Of a stretch of DNA of 64,000 nucleotides, positions 12,720-24,531 are shown piece after piece. A model generated the notes under the pieces. That model saw only the letters and a list, made by a program, of their open reading frames with translations. It made no database searches and was not told the DNA's origin. The first letter of the stretch is position 1; the number at the start of each line of letters is the position of its first letter. The position numbers and the translations under genes are program-made. The DNA is from Octopus sinensis (lineage: Eukaryota), in contig NC_042997.1 of assembly GCF_006345805.1 (NCBI RefSeq), positions 51,770,001 through 51,834,000 on the forward strand, written 5' to 3'.

Positions 12720-12769
12720 GGTCTTACAGCTGTTTCCGAGATATTTTATATATCCCTTCATCAGAGACA
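12720..12769 (-). ncRNA. Second, inverted copy of the minimal hammerhead motif
   Basis: Reverse complement reads tgtct-CTGATGA-a-GGGATAT-ataaa-ATATCTC-g-GAAAC-AGCT-GTA-agacc. Confidence 0.6.
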
Positions 12770-12847
12770 TGGTCTATTTTCATTCCGCCACTTCACTCTC
12801 TATTTCATATCTTATCTAGAATAACTTGCTTAACCATTTTCTCACAC

Positions 12848-12897
12848 TGTCTCTGATGAAGGGATATATAAAATATCCTGGAAACAGCTGTAAGACC
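12848..12897 (+). ncRNA. Minimal type I hammerhead ribozyme motif (Penelope pLTR type)
   Basis: Stem I GTCT/AGAC; core CTGATGA (12853-12859); stem II GGGATAT/ATATCCT; GAAAC (12881-12885); palindromic ACAGCTGT stem III; GUA cleavage triplet ending at 12892. An extra A and an extra G flank stem II. Confidence 0.6.
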
Positions 12898-15800
12898 TTC
12901 CATTTATAAATGTTCTGAAATCTTTCACAGCCTTGGATTTTTATCTCATTCTGTTAATTGCTTTTATAAATATATATATGTATATATTTGTGTGTATATA
13001 TCTGTGTTTGTCTCCCTGCCATTGATTGACAACTGATGCTGGTGTGTTTACATCCTTACCTAGCAGTTTGGCAAAAGAGACCGATAGAATAGGTACTAGG
13101 CTTGTTCAACTAAAGGTGGTGCTCCAGCATGGCCACAGTCAAATAATTGAAACAAGTAAAAGAATAAAAGAATAAAAGAATTATCAGATTTTGTCAGCTC
13201 TCAGAAGGTTAAATATCATGGATTGTCATCTTAATCTTTCTTACGTTTTTCTACATTCAAAACAATATAAGCTTGTTCAGAGGATATTATTAAAATACGT
13301 AATTCTTGATTTTATTCTTCTTTCTCTTTAATTGTGTCTAACAAAATTTTCTTTTTTCCCCCTTTTTTTGTTTTTCTTTGTAGTACTTCATCTTGCTTTT
13401 GTATTCTGTTCATGGTATTCTCAGTCTTCTACATGCCAACATCTCAAAGGCTTGCAATCTGTTTAACGGAACTAATTTTCATTTCCAAATAATAGAGTGG
13501 ACCTTATATTATCTTTTTCTGTTTTTTTTTTTTGTTATTATTTCTTGAGGATAATTTACTTGACATTTTTCAAATGACTTATTCCTTCTTTTGATTTCTA
13601 TTTCACATTTCTTGTTTCTTGATTTCATATATTTTAGAATTAAGTTTCCACTAGCAATTTATTTTTCAAGAATTTAAAGTTGTCTTTTCTGAATTCTTCA
13701 TGAAACTGGACAATAAATTTGCTTTTGAATGTCTGGTACCATGATGATGCTTATTTAGTTCTCCACCCTCATAGGGTCTTTGCTACATGGAAGGAAGTTA
13801 GTCATAGAAGTCTTGGTATAAATGGTTCAAAAGTGAATTTTGGATATTCAACCAATCATCTTCACTCTGCCAGATTATAGTGGATCTATTTCACTGTATT
13901 CTTTCCCCTTCATCGTGACCCCACCAAATTACTGTAGATTTGTCCTGGAGCCCCAATTTTTGATCATGCATTCAAACCCACCTTTCTTTATAATATATCA
14001 ATGCTCAAATACCAAGCAATCATTAAAAAACATCAAGGTAACTGACTCCCATGAAGGCTTTTTCATTCTTAGAAATTACGTAGTTTACATTATTTAGTTT
14101 AAATTATGAGGGTTGAGTCCTTTGTTTTGATTCTCATCATGTCTGCATCTTTTTGACAATTTGATTTATGACAAACACAAAATCTCACTTTGCTATCCTT
14201 CAAATAACAACATGAAATCTGAATTTGCATAAATGCTCTTCTTTGTCTCTCCCTTGCTTCTTTTCTTTAATTCATGCTTACTGTCTGCTTTTTAGCTGGC
14301 AACATTCTCTCATTTCCAACATAAACTAATTCTAACCAGGAGATAGATGAAGCTCTACAACTGTGGAGAAGACTTGGATTGTTAATTCCAGAGTAGAGAA
14401 AATTGACTCAGACATTTCAGACCAAATTACAGTCAGCATGCATTTTCAACCCACTTTTTCATCAATTTCATCAATACTAAAGATGCTGCTCACTTTCTGT
14501 GAGTGCTAAATTTTCTGGAGATTGGGTTAAAGCTTGACTTGTGAAAAACATTGGTGGTTTACTTAGCTCAGACAGACTCCACATTTTCATTGCCTTCAGA
14601 GTTGGAACTGATGTATGTGGGTGATTGAGTTGTCATTGTGGCAACTCCCTTGATTCTAACAACTTTCATAGATTACCATGTTTACTGAATGTGTGTCACT
14701 TTTTTGTTACAACAAGGAAACATAACCTTTAAATGAGTTCTAACTAAGGTACATATCTCCTTGATTCTAGATCCAATTAGATTGTGCAAGGAGCAGAGGA
14801 TGAGATCTGATGGACTTACTCTTTGCCATTAGGCAAGAGATGACTGCTTCATATTGGATGTCGTCATTAGCAACTCTTTTCCTTCATCACATGTCCTTAA
14901 TGCTGTGGCAGAGATGGTAGTTGCAACATCTGTAACTGATTGAAATAAGACTATTGTATAAATTATATTTTATTAACACATGGCTTTTGAGGCATTCACT
15001 GAAGCTAGATTGCTGACAAGGAAGTTTTGTCTTCATTTAGCATCTATTCAGGAAGGTGCTTAGCTATTTGGATTGCTCTCAAAAACTTTTAGAGGGTGAC
15101 ACCAGTGTTTCCCTGGAGTGATATTATTGAGGGAGTGTACATACCTTCTTTTTTTTTGTATTGTGATTTCTTGTTTATTTTTTTATTATTTAAACATTTA
15201 AAAAAAAATTTGCCATTTTCTTACTGAAAAGGTTTTGTAAACCGTGCTAGTGATCTTCTTCATTAAATTATTGTTCTGAATTTGTATTATAATATTCTCA
15301 AATGAAATCAAAGATAACCCTTTTCTTTTGTAAAATTGTTTTGATAATATAGGCGTAGAAGTGGCTGTGTGGTAAGTAGCTTGCTTACCAATCACATGGT
15401 TCTGGGTTCAGTCCCACTTCGTGGTACCTGGAGCAAGTGTCTTCTACTACAGCCTCGGGCCGACCAAAGCCTTGTGAGTGGATTTGGTAGACGGAAACTG
15501 AAAGAAGCCCATCGTATATATGTATATATGTGTATGTGTATGTGTGAGTGTGTGTGTGTTTGTCCCACCAACATTGCTTGACAACTGATGCTGATGTGTT
15601 TACGTCCCCGTAACTTAGCGGTTTGGAAAAAGACACCGATAGAATAAGTACTAGGCTTACAAAGAATAAGTCCTGGGGCTGATTTGCTCGACTAAAGGCG
15701 GTGCTCCAGCATGGTCACAGTCAAATGACTGAAACAAGTAAAAGAGTAAAAGAGTAATCGATGCCTTCTTTTCAGGTTTTATGTGGTAAGAGAAGACTCT

Positions 15801-17159
15801 GCTTTTGGTTCATGTCAGCATATCTTTATACAGGAAGCATTAAGAAGCTAAATATGCAATAAGTAAAACAATAATAATCTTTTTCTTATTTTGGCCTATG
15901 GCCAACAATTTTAGGAGAAAGAGGTTTGTTGATTACATTGGTTTCAGTGCTCAGCTGGTATTTTATTGGTTCGAAAGGATGAAAGGGTAAGTTTAAATCT
16001 TACTGAAGTAATGATAAAAAAATTCCTTAGAATGTACACATTTTACTAAGGGGAGAATAGAATTGCTTAAGGTACTAAATAAATCAGAGCTGTCATGTTG
16101 ATACTTTCCCAAAATTGCTCTGTGGAATTTATAAGGTTTATGTTGATAATGATGATATAAGGGAAGTAACTCTTAACGCCAAACCGTTCGACGGTCATAA
16201 GCAGTTGCTGCGGCTGGTTTGTTGTCGCTGTGGTCCAAACTCAGTCGTACTATCTACTAGAAATAACAGCCACATCTTCGAAAGAATATTTTTTAAAAAA
16301 GAAAACACTGGACAATATAGTCTTCGACAATCATGAAACACATGCTAACCTTGTATACATGAATGCTTTTGAAATGATGGTATAAGCATTTGTAATTTAG
16401 GTTGAAAGGTGGAAACATTAATCCTTTGGCCTTTTCCCCACAACTTTCGATTCAGTGTCATCAGAATGCAAGAAAGGAAGATGTTATCCCCAATAAGTGG
16501 AATGACAGTATCAATATAAACTGTTAAAACAACATAGAAGAAAGATGCACGAGAGGGAAGCAGTTATAGGAAGTCCAAGCTGACAACTTGAGTCATCAAA
16601 GTAGTTGAAGGTGTTTTGGTGAACTTGGCATAAAATAATGTTAACTCTGACAATATGTAATTTGGGTTTATACGAGACAAGTTATTAGCTACATACAAGC
16701 AGTGCTATTTTATTTAAACATTACAGAGTTTTGCTGAAGGTTAAATAGCAATGTAAACACAGTCTTTCTATGCAAAAAAGATAAAAGAAAGGAAGGAATG
16801 GAGTCTCCTGAAGAACTGTTTCCTGGTTTGTCAACTGCCCCCTCCCTCGAGAAGATGTACCTCGCTCCCTTCTCCAATTAATGGCATGGATCAACTGTTA
16901 TGTAAAGTTACAATGAATTAGGCTAGATCATGGTTCTATATTTTGATGTGGAAAAGCATCTGCCAAGACCAGCAAACACTAGCAAATGTCAAGGAAGTTA
17001 AGTTTAGATGAATGACTACTGAGAAATCGTTCAAGCGATATATGACAATGTGGTCAGTTCTGGGAATATATTTAGTGAGGAAGCACTTTTAGTACCAAAC
17101 AGCCTGAAGCTGCCTTTAGTTCTATGATACAATTTCCTGATTTAAAATGATTTAAATTC

Positions 17160-17420
17160 AAATCTTCCATATTTGGCATATGATCATAAGATAGCGAGTT
17201 CAATACCTGGTAGTGCATAGTGTCTTTGAGAAAGACACTATGTCACATTGCTCCAGTCAACTCAGCTGGCAAAATGAATTGTACCTGTATTTATGTTCTG
17301 TATGTCACTGAATGTCTTCGAGAACTTGAACTAAGGGTCTGTGTGCCTGTAGAGTGCTCAGCCACTTGCATGTTAGTTGATATTTATAGTCACTTAAATG
17401 TGAATGTTCCGTGAGAACAA
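17160..17420 (+). mobile_element. Old SINE with a GTGTCTTTGAGAAAGACAC-type central domain
   Basis: B-box-like GAGTTCAATACC followed by gtgtctttgagaaagacact...gctccagtcaactcagctg..aaatgaat, typical of core-domain SINEs. Confidence 0.5.
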
Positions 17421-18079
17421 ACTAAACTGCAGTAGACACCATCTACATTTAAGTGGCTATAAATATTACCTCTTGGTCATAAAACTGCCTTTGTTGCTAA
17501 TATATATATTTTTAAAAAGCTCACTTGCATATTAATTTTATGAGCAGGCTGTTCTACTGATCAGATAAACTGAAATCCTTGTCATTGTAACCAACAGAAT
17601 GCCAGTTTTGTACATTGACACCTCATTACCACCATCTTTATCTCTTTCCAGCTGCCCCTGGTCATCCTTATATAATGTGGGGTAGCTATATATCTCCTCT
17701 ACAGCAAGACACTTGTTTTTGTTCCTCTTTCATACTTTAGCCTCCCAACACCTGGCATAAAAGCACATCCATTGCTACTACATCCTCACTCAGTTGCAGA
17801 GGCTTTAATTTTTATGTCATGCAATTTACTTGACAACCTCATTAGTTCTAGTACCACAAAAAAACGTACTCAATACACCGTATAAAGTGATTAGCAATAG
17901 GAGGAGTACCCAGCAATAGAAACCATGCCAAAGCAGACAGTGAGACTTGACTCAGTTCTCCAGATCCTGTTGAACTGTCCAGCGTATGCTAGTGCTGGAG
18001 ATGAGCATTAAATGCTGCTGCTGTTTTCTGTTACTGCTGATGATGATAAGGTCAGCAGCAGTAGACAGAGGTTCTGTTA

Positions 18080-18250
18080 TCTAGGTGACCTAATTAGCAG
18101 TAGAGAAGTATGTTCTAAAAGTATAGTTGCTAGGATAAGAATAGGATGAAGAAAGCTCAGGAAGTTATTATCTCTGTTGATAACAAAAGTTCTTTCCCTC
18201 AGCATGTAAGGCAGATTGTACAATGTTTGTGTATGATGGAAGTTATGGAA
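18080..18250 (+). mobile_element. Decayed RTE fragment
   Basis: LRKLLSLLITKVLSLSM*GRLYNVCV*. Confidence 0.6.
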
Positions 18251-20329
18251 GAGGAAGTCCTGAAGCAAAGTAGTAAAGGCTGATCTCAAGATGTTGCACT
18301 TTACACTGGAGATGATAAGCATTTCATTGTGCTTGAGTAGATTGGTTTATCATGGTGAAAGTGAGGTCCTAAAAGCATTATTTTTATGTGTATATTCACT
18401 GGGATCTGCCTCTGCACTCAGTTGGTCCCCATCAAGCTTTTCCTACCTTTCATGTTCCTAACAATCATCCCTCCATCACTCTGTTAACAACAGTACTATT
18501 CAGCAGATATAATCATTTGACAGCAGAATCTGTGCATATCCTTATTTTGCTGTCCACACTAGGCATCCCCCTCCTCCCACCCTACTTTTTCCTACCCACC
18601 TTGAAGGTCAACATGAGTAGTCATGTAGCTCCTCTAAAGCATGAAACCTGCTCTACCTTTATTTTTACCCCTTATTCTTGCAGCATAAAGTTACCCACTG
18701 GAGATTTGTAGTCTTGCAAGCTGCATGGTGACCTTACTAGTGCTGGTGGCATGAGAAAAGTGCCCAGAACACACTGTTAAATGGTTGGTGTTAGGAAGGG
18801 TATCTAGCTATAAAAACCATGCCAAAGTATTCACTGGAACACAATGTAGTTCTTGCACCCATTAGATCCTGTAAAACTGCCCAATCCCTTCCAGCATGGA
18901 ACATAGATGTTAAATGATGATGATTTCACCTCCTCTATACTCCTCTCTCTGGAACCACTTCATTTAATATCCACCCCTCCTTCTCAGTATCATCTCTTCC
19001 CACTTTATTTTCCACTGATCATTTCTTTTTGTACCTCCAGTTATCTCTTCCTCTCCTCTGAGGTACATCTTAGGACAGCCATATCTCATTTTTAATATTC
19101 TCTCGCATCTGCTATCACTTTTAATACTCACTCATACTTACAATTAATGCCCACCCAACCTTTGTCTCCCTTGTACTAAAGCCACTGCTAAGCACTTCTA
19201 ACCTCCATCCCTGTCCCTGTATATTTCTGTCTCCCTCCCAGCCCATACATCATTATCATATTCTCTGATCTATCTGCTGCTCTCTACCCTTCCTGTACTG
19301 TCTCATCATTTTCTCCATCCTGAGCTATTTCTCTTACCTTCCATACCACACTGATAATTACCATTGACCCCTTATGTGCAAGGGTGAAGATGAGGTCAGT
19401 GGTAAGTATCATTCACCTCCAACCCAATCTCTAAACATCCATCACTTTCCTCTCAAACTCTTTTGAACTTATCCATCCACTCCTCCAGATCCTTGTCCTG
19501 TACTCCTCTTATACTCATCTTCTTATATCCTGAGAGTAAGCTCTGATTCTTTCACCAATATCTTTATCTTCTTTCCAGAACACTCACCCACTCATATAAT
19601 GCAGGGTAGCCATGTATCTCTTTTATAGCAAAACACCTGTTCTTGGCTTCTTTGGATCCTATAAAACCATCCAAACCCAAGCCTGCAAAGATGAGTGTTA
19701 AATGATGATGATGAAATATATTGCATTTAACACACACACACACACACATGCAAGCACATATGACAAGCTTCTAGTTTTTGTTTGCCAAATGAGACTGGAA
19801 CCTGGTGCCACTCTCAAGCTTACCAGTTTGTCAAACTGTTTAACCCATGCCAGCATGAAAAGCAGATGCTGCTTGATGATGATGATGATGATGATCACAA
19901 GGGTGATGACACACACCGGATAGCATTGTGTCTGTCAATCAAATTTAACCCATATGGCTTTCATCTTTGCAAATCTATGACAGAAGACATTTACAAATGT
20001 TCCATGCAATGAGACTGAACCCAGTACCATGAAGTTGCAAAATTAACATTGAAACTACACACACATTATGTGCATCTTATATTCATTGCTATTAATGTTC
20101 TTCAAATTTCTTTGTTAGAATTTTCCAATGAAATAAAAGCAACACTGGTCTCATTTTTGCAAAAGATGCCTCAAATTTCATTCCGAGTTCCCAACAGAAA
20201 TTGTTTTAGATTATGTCTTGTTAACCCTTGAAACAAATCTAAAATTAAATTCGCCACACAATTTCGACATGAATAACACAAGATTTGGATAAGTAACTAA
20301 ATTAAAGGAAACGTCAATTAAATATTAAT

Positions 20330-21003
20330 TGGTCATGCGTGTTGGCATTTGATGCGTGACCGGACCGGATGTAGAAAGACTTAAACGCTCCGAATTACGT
20401 CCCTTCCTAATGTCCGCTCCACAACCCCCCCCTTACTTTCCTTGGCAATATCACACGCTTCTGTTCAGGTTTTAACACTATGTCACGTGAATCAAAATGG
20501 AGGCTCGGCCTACAGCCGAGTTGGTTCCAGAAACTGTAAGCGCTAGTAACTTGACGGTTGGCAGTAAAAATTGTAATTCTTATCGTCTCGGTTTCCACGT
20601 CAACAACAGCAGTGACAATCATCACTTTCCTACGACGCTCGCTCATGCTGATATTTTTGCTACTACTGCTGTTCTCTCCCTCCTCTATTGTATCAAAACA
20701 ACAGGGTTTTTGTGAGTGGCCCGAGTTAATACAACCACCACCACTCAAACCGCCGTCATAGTCGGTCTGTCCGTCTATCTCTTTATATATGTATGTATGT
20801 GTGTGTGTGTATGAATGTACGTATGTATGTTTCTCGCAGTGCAACCCTCTTCTGCTACTGTAGCATTTGCGTGCCGCCACTGTAGTACAACAACAAACAC
20901 CCTTCCTTCCCGTCGGGTGGAAGAAGGAGGGTTTAAAAGGAGTTTTACTGTGTGCTGTAAATATCATTGATATCGAACTAATAATATCTTATTAACCACC
21001 AGG
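20330..21003 (+). promoter_or_regulatory. CpG-rich promoter and 5' leader of USP32
   Basis: Abrupt GC/CpG enrichment over background. ETS-like ACCGGATGT at 20364-20372, E-box GTCACGTGA at 20482-20490, YY1-like CAAAATGGAGG at 20493-20503. Lies directly upstream of the first coding exon. Confidence 0.7.
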
Positions 21004-21061
21004 ATGGGAGGTGGGAACGCCAAGCTGTCGGCCATCACCTACGAGGAGGCCGTCAAGAGGG
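21004..21061 (+). CDS. USP32: First coding exon of ubiquitin carboxyl-terminal hydrolase 32 (MGGGNAKLSAITYEEAVKR + 1 nt)
   Basis: ATG in strong context (accaggATGg) with an in-frame stop upstream at 20968-20970. The 58 coding nt end at a canonical G|GTAAGT donor (intron starts 21062). The peptide resembles the USP32 N-terminus as I recall it (human MGAKESRIGFLSYEEALRRV, also with a phase-1 intron after codon 19). No exon 2 recognised downstream. Confidence 0.85.
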
Positions 21062-21661
21062 GTAAGTAATTTACTGACATATATCTCTATTGCCAATCTA
21101 CTCTCTTGTCAAAAAAAAAAAAAAAAAAAAGGAAAAAATCTAAACAAACCAATTTTGTTTCAATCATTGTATTTTTTTCTCAAAATGTTTTTGGAATTAT
21201 TATTATTCACTTCCCCATCTTTTCTGCTAAAGGTTTTTTTATTGCACATGTTTTATTTTAAATTACCACTGTAAAATATAAAAAATCCCATTTGACATTT
21301 TAGTCTCGAGCGCTGACAATTTAGACATTTTCTAGGTGAGTGGTTGGTTCGCGGAAGACAACAAATTTCATATTTTATACGGGACTCCCCTGTTGCTGCG
21401 TTGTCTGCTAGATGCAACGGAGGTGATGTTTAGAGGAATTTGGCATCACCTGAGTCTTGATGTTGGCATATTATATTACCCTCTTTATTATCTTATTTAC
21501 CTACACTAATTTAGAGTTTTATATTATATTTGCGTTTTGTTTACTTTAATTTAGTATCCATGGATGTTTTATTACAACAGCATACCAAGTCTTGTAATTT
21601 ATGTGCAAACGTTTTTGTTTTTAACATTGTTGTACACGTTATGCACACGTCTCTCTCTCTC

Positions 21662-21692
21662 CATGTATATATATATATATACACACTTGTGA

Positions 21693-21754
<62 letters not shown>

Positions 21755-21760
21755 TTGTGA

Positions 21761-21822
<62 letters not shown>

Positions 21823-21833
21823 TTGTGCACACG

Positions 21834-21865
<32 letters not shown>

Positions 21866-21875
21866 TGTGCACACG

Positions 21876-21907
<32 letters not shown>

Positions 21908-21935
21908 ATTATATATATATATATATATATACGTG
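21662..21935. repeat. Higher-order (TA)n/(CA)n microsatellite punctuated by ACACTTGTG(A/C)AC four times
   Basis: Read directly. Confidence 0.9.
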
Positions 21936-22384
21936 TGAACATTGGGTCTATTTGGGCGTAAATATACATTTGCAAGCGCGCATATATGCGTATATATATA
22001 TTTCTACGATAATATGGGGGTATACCTATAGCTATACGTAAAATACGTCTATTAGAATATATGTAGATTCGTCAGTGCGAAGGTGTGTATATGCTTACGC
22101 GCAAAGGTATGTACGTACGTATGCATATATACGTAGACTGCGATATATATATAAATATATATATATCTATATATGTAAACGCGCACACAAGAGGTATATA
22201 TGTACATGACAACTCGACCTTATGTTTAGAATCCCAGATGAGCCTACTTCGGGAAGACAGAAAACGGACGGCAACAACTAAGAAATCCCTCATATACCAA
22301 CTACCAAGAAAAAAAGATAAAGTTTACTAACGACAGTTTGCTCCATCGTGGCCATAACTTACATATTCTGACAATTACATAAGT

Positions 22385-24185
22385 GAGATTACATATATGA
22401 CAATATATATATATATATACCTACATATATGTACGTATATGTGTATATATGTACGTATATGTGTATATATGTACGTATATGTGTATATATGTACGTATAT
22501 GTGTATATATGTACGTATATGTGTATATATGTACGTATATGTGTATATGCGTACGTATATGTGTATATGCGTACGTATATGTGTATATGCGTACGTATAT
22601 GTGTATATGCGTACGTATGTGTGTATATGCGTACGTAATGTGTATATGCGTACGTATGTGTGTATATGCGTACGTATGTGTGTATATGCGTACGTATGTG
22701 TGTATAGATGTACGTATGTGTGTATATATGTACATATGTGTGTATATATGTACGTATGTGTGTATATACGTACGTATGTGTGTATATACGTACGTATGTG
22801 TGTATATACGTACGTATGTGTGTATATACGTACGTATGTGTGTATATACGTACGTATGTGTGTATATATGTACGTATGTGTGTATATATGTACGTATGTG
22901 TGTATATACGTACGTATGTGTGTATATACGTACGTATGTGTGTATATACGTACGTATGTGTGTATATATGTACGTATGTGTGTATATATGTACGTATGTG
23001 TGTATATATGTACGTATGTGTGTATATATGTACGTATGTGTGTATATATGTACGTATGTGTGTATATATGTACGTATGTGTGTATATATGTACGTATGTG
23101 TGTATATATGTACGTATGTGTGTATATATGTACGTATGTGTGTATATATGTACGTATGTGTGTATATATGTACGTATGTGTGTATATATGTACGTATGTG
23201 TGTATATATGTACGTATATGTGTATATATGTATGTATATGTACGTATATGTGTATATATGTATGTATATGTACGTATATGTGTATATATGTATGTATATG
23301 TACGTATATGTGTATATATGTATGTATATGTACGTATATGTGTATATATGTATGTATATCTACGTATATGTATATGTACGTATATGTATATATATATGTA
23401 CATAGATATATATGTACATAGATATATATGTACATAGATATATATGTACATAGATATGAATGTGTATATATGTGTATATGTATGTACATCTATATATGTA
23501 TATGTATGTACATCTATATATGTATATGTATGTACATCTATATATGTATATGTATGTACATCTATATATGTATATGTATGTACATCTATATATGTATATG
23601 TATGTACATCTATATATGTATATGTATGTACATCTATATATGTATATGTATGTACATCTATATATGTATATGTATGTACATCTATATATGTATATGTATG
23701 TACATCTATATATGTATATGTATGTACATCTATATATGTATATGTATGTACATCTATATATGTATATGTATGTACATCTATATATGTATATGTATGTACA
23801 TCTATATATGTATATGTATGTACATCTATCTATGTATATGTATGTACATCTATCTATGTATATGTATGTACATCTATATATGTATATGTATATACATCTA
23901 TATATATATGTATATGTATGTACATCTATATATGTATATGTATGTACATCTATATATGTATATGTATGTACATCTATATATGTATATGTATGTACATCTA
24001 TATATGTATATGTATGTACATCTATATATGTATATGTATGTACATCTATATATGTATATGTATGTACATCTATATATGTATATGTATGTACATCTATATA
24101 TATATGTATGTACATCTATATGTATATGTATGTACATCTATATGTATATGTATGTACATCTATATGTATATGTATGTACATCTAT
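22385..24185. repeat. 1.8-kb compound minisatellite (20-, 32-, 16- and 24-bp units) of alternating purine-pyrimidine sequence
   Basis: Units GTGTATATATGTACGTATGT and TATGTATATGTATGTACATCTATA; explains the long YVC/HTY ORFs. Confidence 0.95.
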
Positions 24186-24431
24186 AAATCCTTAAATCCT
24201 TAAAAATGTTTTAGCCCGAAGGCCGCGGCCATGCTGGGGCACCACCGCTGAATGAGCTACACTAGTTTGTGAATCCACCTCTGATACGTGGCACTTGATC
24301 AACAAGGGAGTTCGATGCTGCTGCCCGCATCCGTGTCTCCTGTCGTGAGGTAGGTTCATCTGGGACTCCTAACAAGAAGAGATCCAGTTTAGTTTTAAAG
24401 AAACCCACATCCACACCATGTAAGTCTCTCA
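24186..24431 (-). mobile_element. 3' end of a second LINE family (CR1/Jockey/Nimb-like C-terminus) abutting the assembly gap
   Basis: Minus strand reads LRDLHGVDVGFFK..LDLFLLGVPDEPTSRQETRMRAAASNSLVDQ (one frameshift), then a stem-loop and a (TTTAAGGA)2 tail. The clade assignment is tentative. Confidence 0.65.
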
Positions 24432-24531
24432 NNNNNNNNNNNNNNNNNNNNNNNNNNNNNNNNNNNNNNNNNNNNNNNNNNNNNNNNNNNNNNNNNNNNN
24501 NNNNNNNNNNNNNNNNNNNNNNNNNNNNNNN
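24432..24531. other. Assembly gap (100 N)
   Basis: Read directly. Confidence 1.

Larger units (their letters stand above)
12658..12959. repeat. 112-bp inverted repeat with 78-bp spacer (Penelope-like pLTR pair)
   Basis: Arms 12658-12769 and 12848-12959 differ at about 6 positions by manual alignment; each arm carries a hammerhead motif. Confidence 0.85.

Noticed and set aside
13200-15350. Possible ancient coding remnant on the minus strand
   Set aside because: Frequent stops and no motif I could assign; needs a profile search.
15772-15866. Possible exon after ttcttttcAG (FYVVREDSAFGSCQHIFIQEALRS*)
   Set aside because: A single acceptor-like site with a short frame, and it cannot be linked to the other candidate exons.
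20407-20967. 186-aa minus-strand ORF and an AAA|GTAAGG donor at 20436 suggesting a divergent gene
   Set aside because: The ORF crosses a microsatellite and has no recognisable homology, and I found no matching minus-strand exons upstream. An antisense non-coding transcript cannot be excluded.
22375-24203. Many 240-366 aa ORFs (HTYI/YVC/MYI repeats)
   Set aside because: Translations of a stop-free alternating R/Y satellite; no splice or codon evidence.
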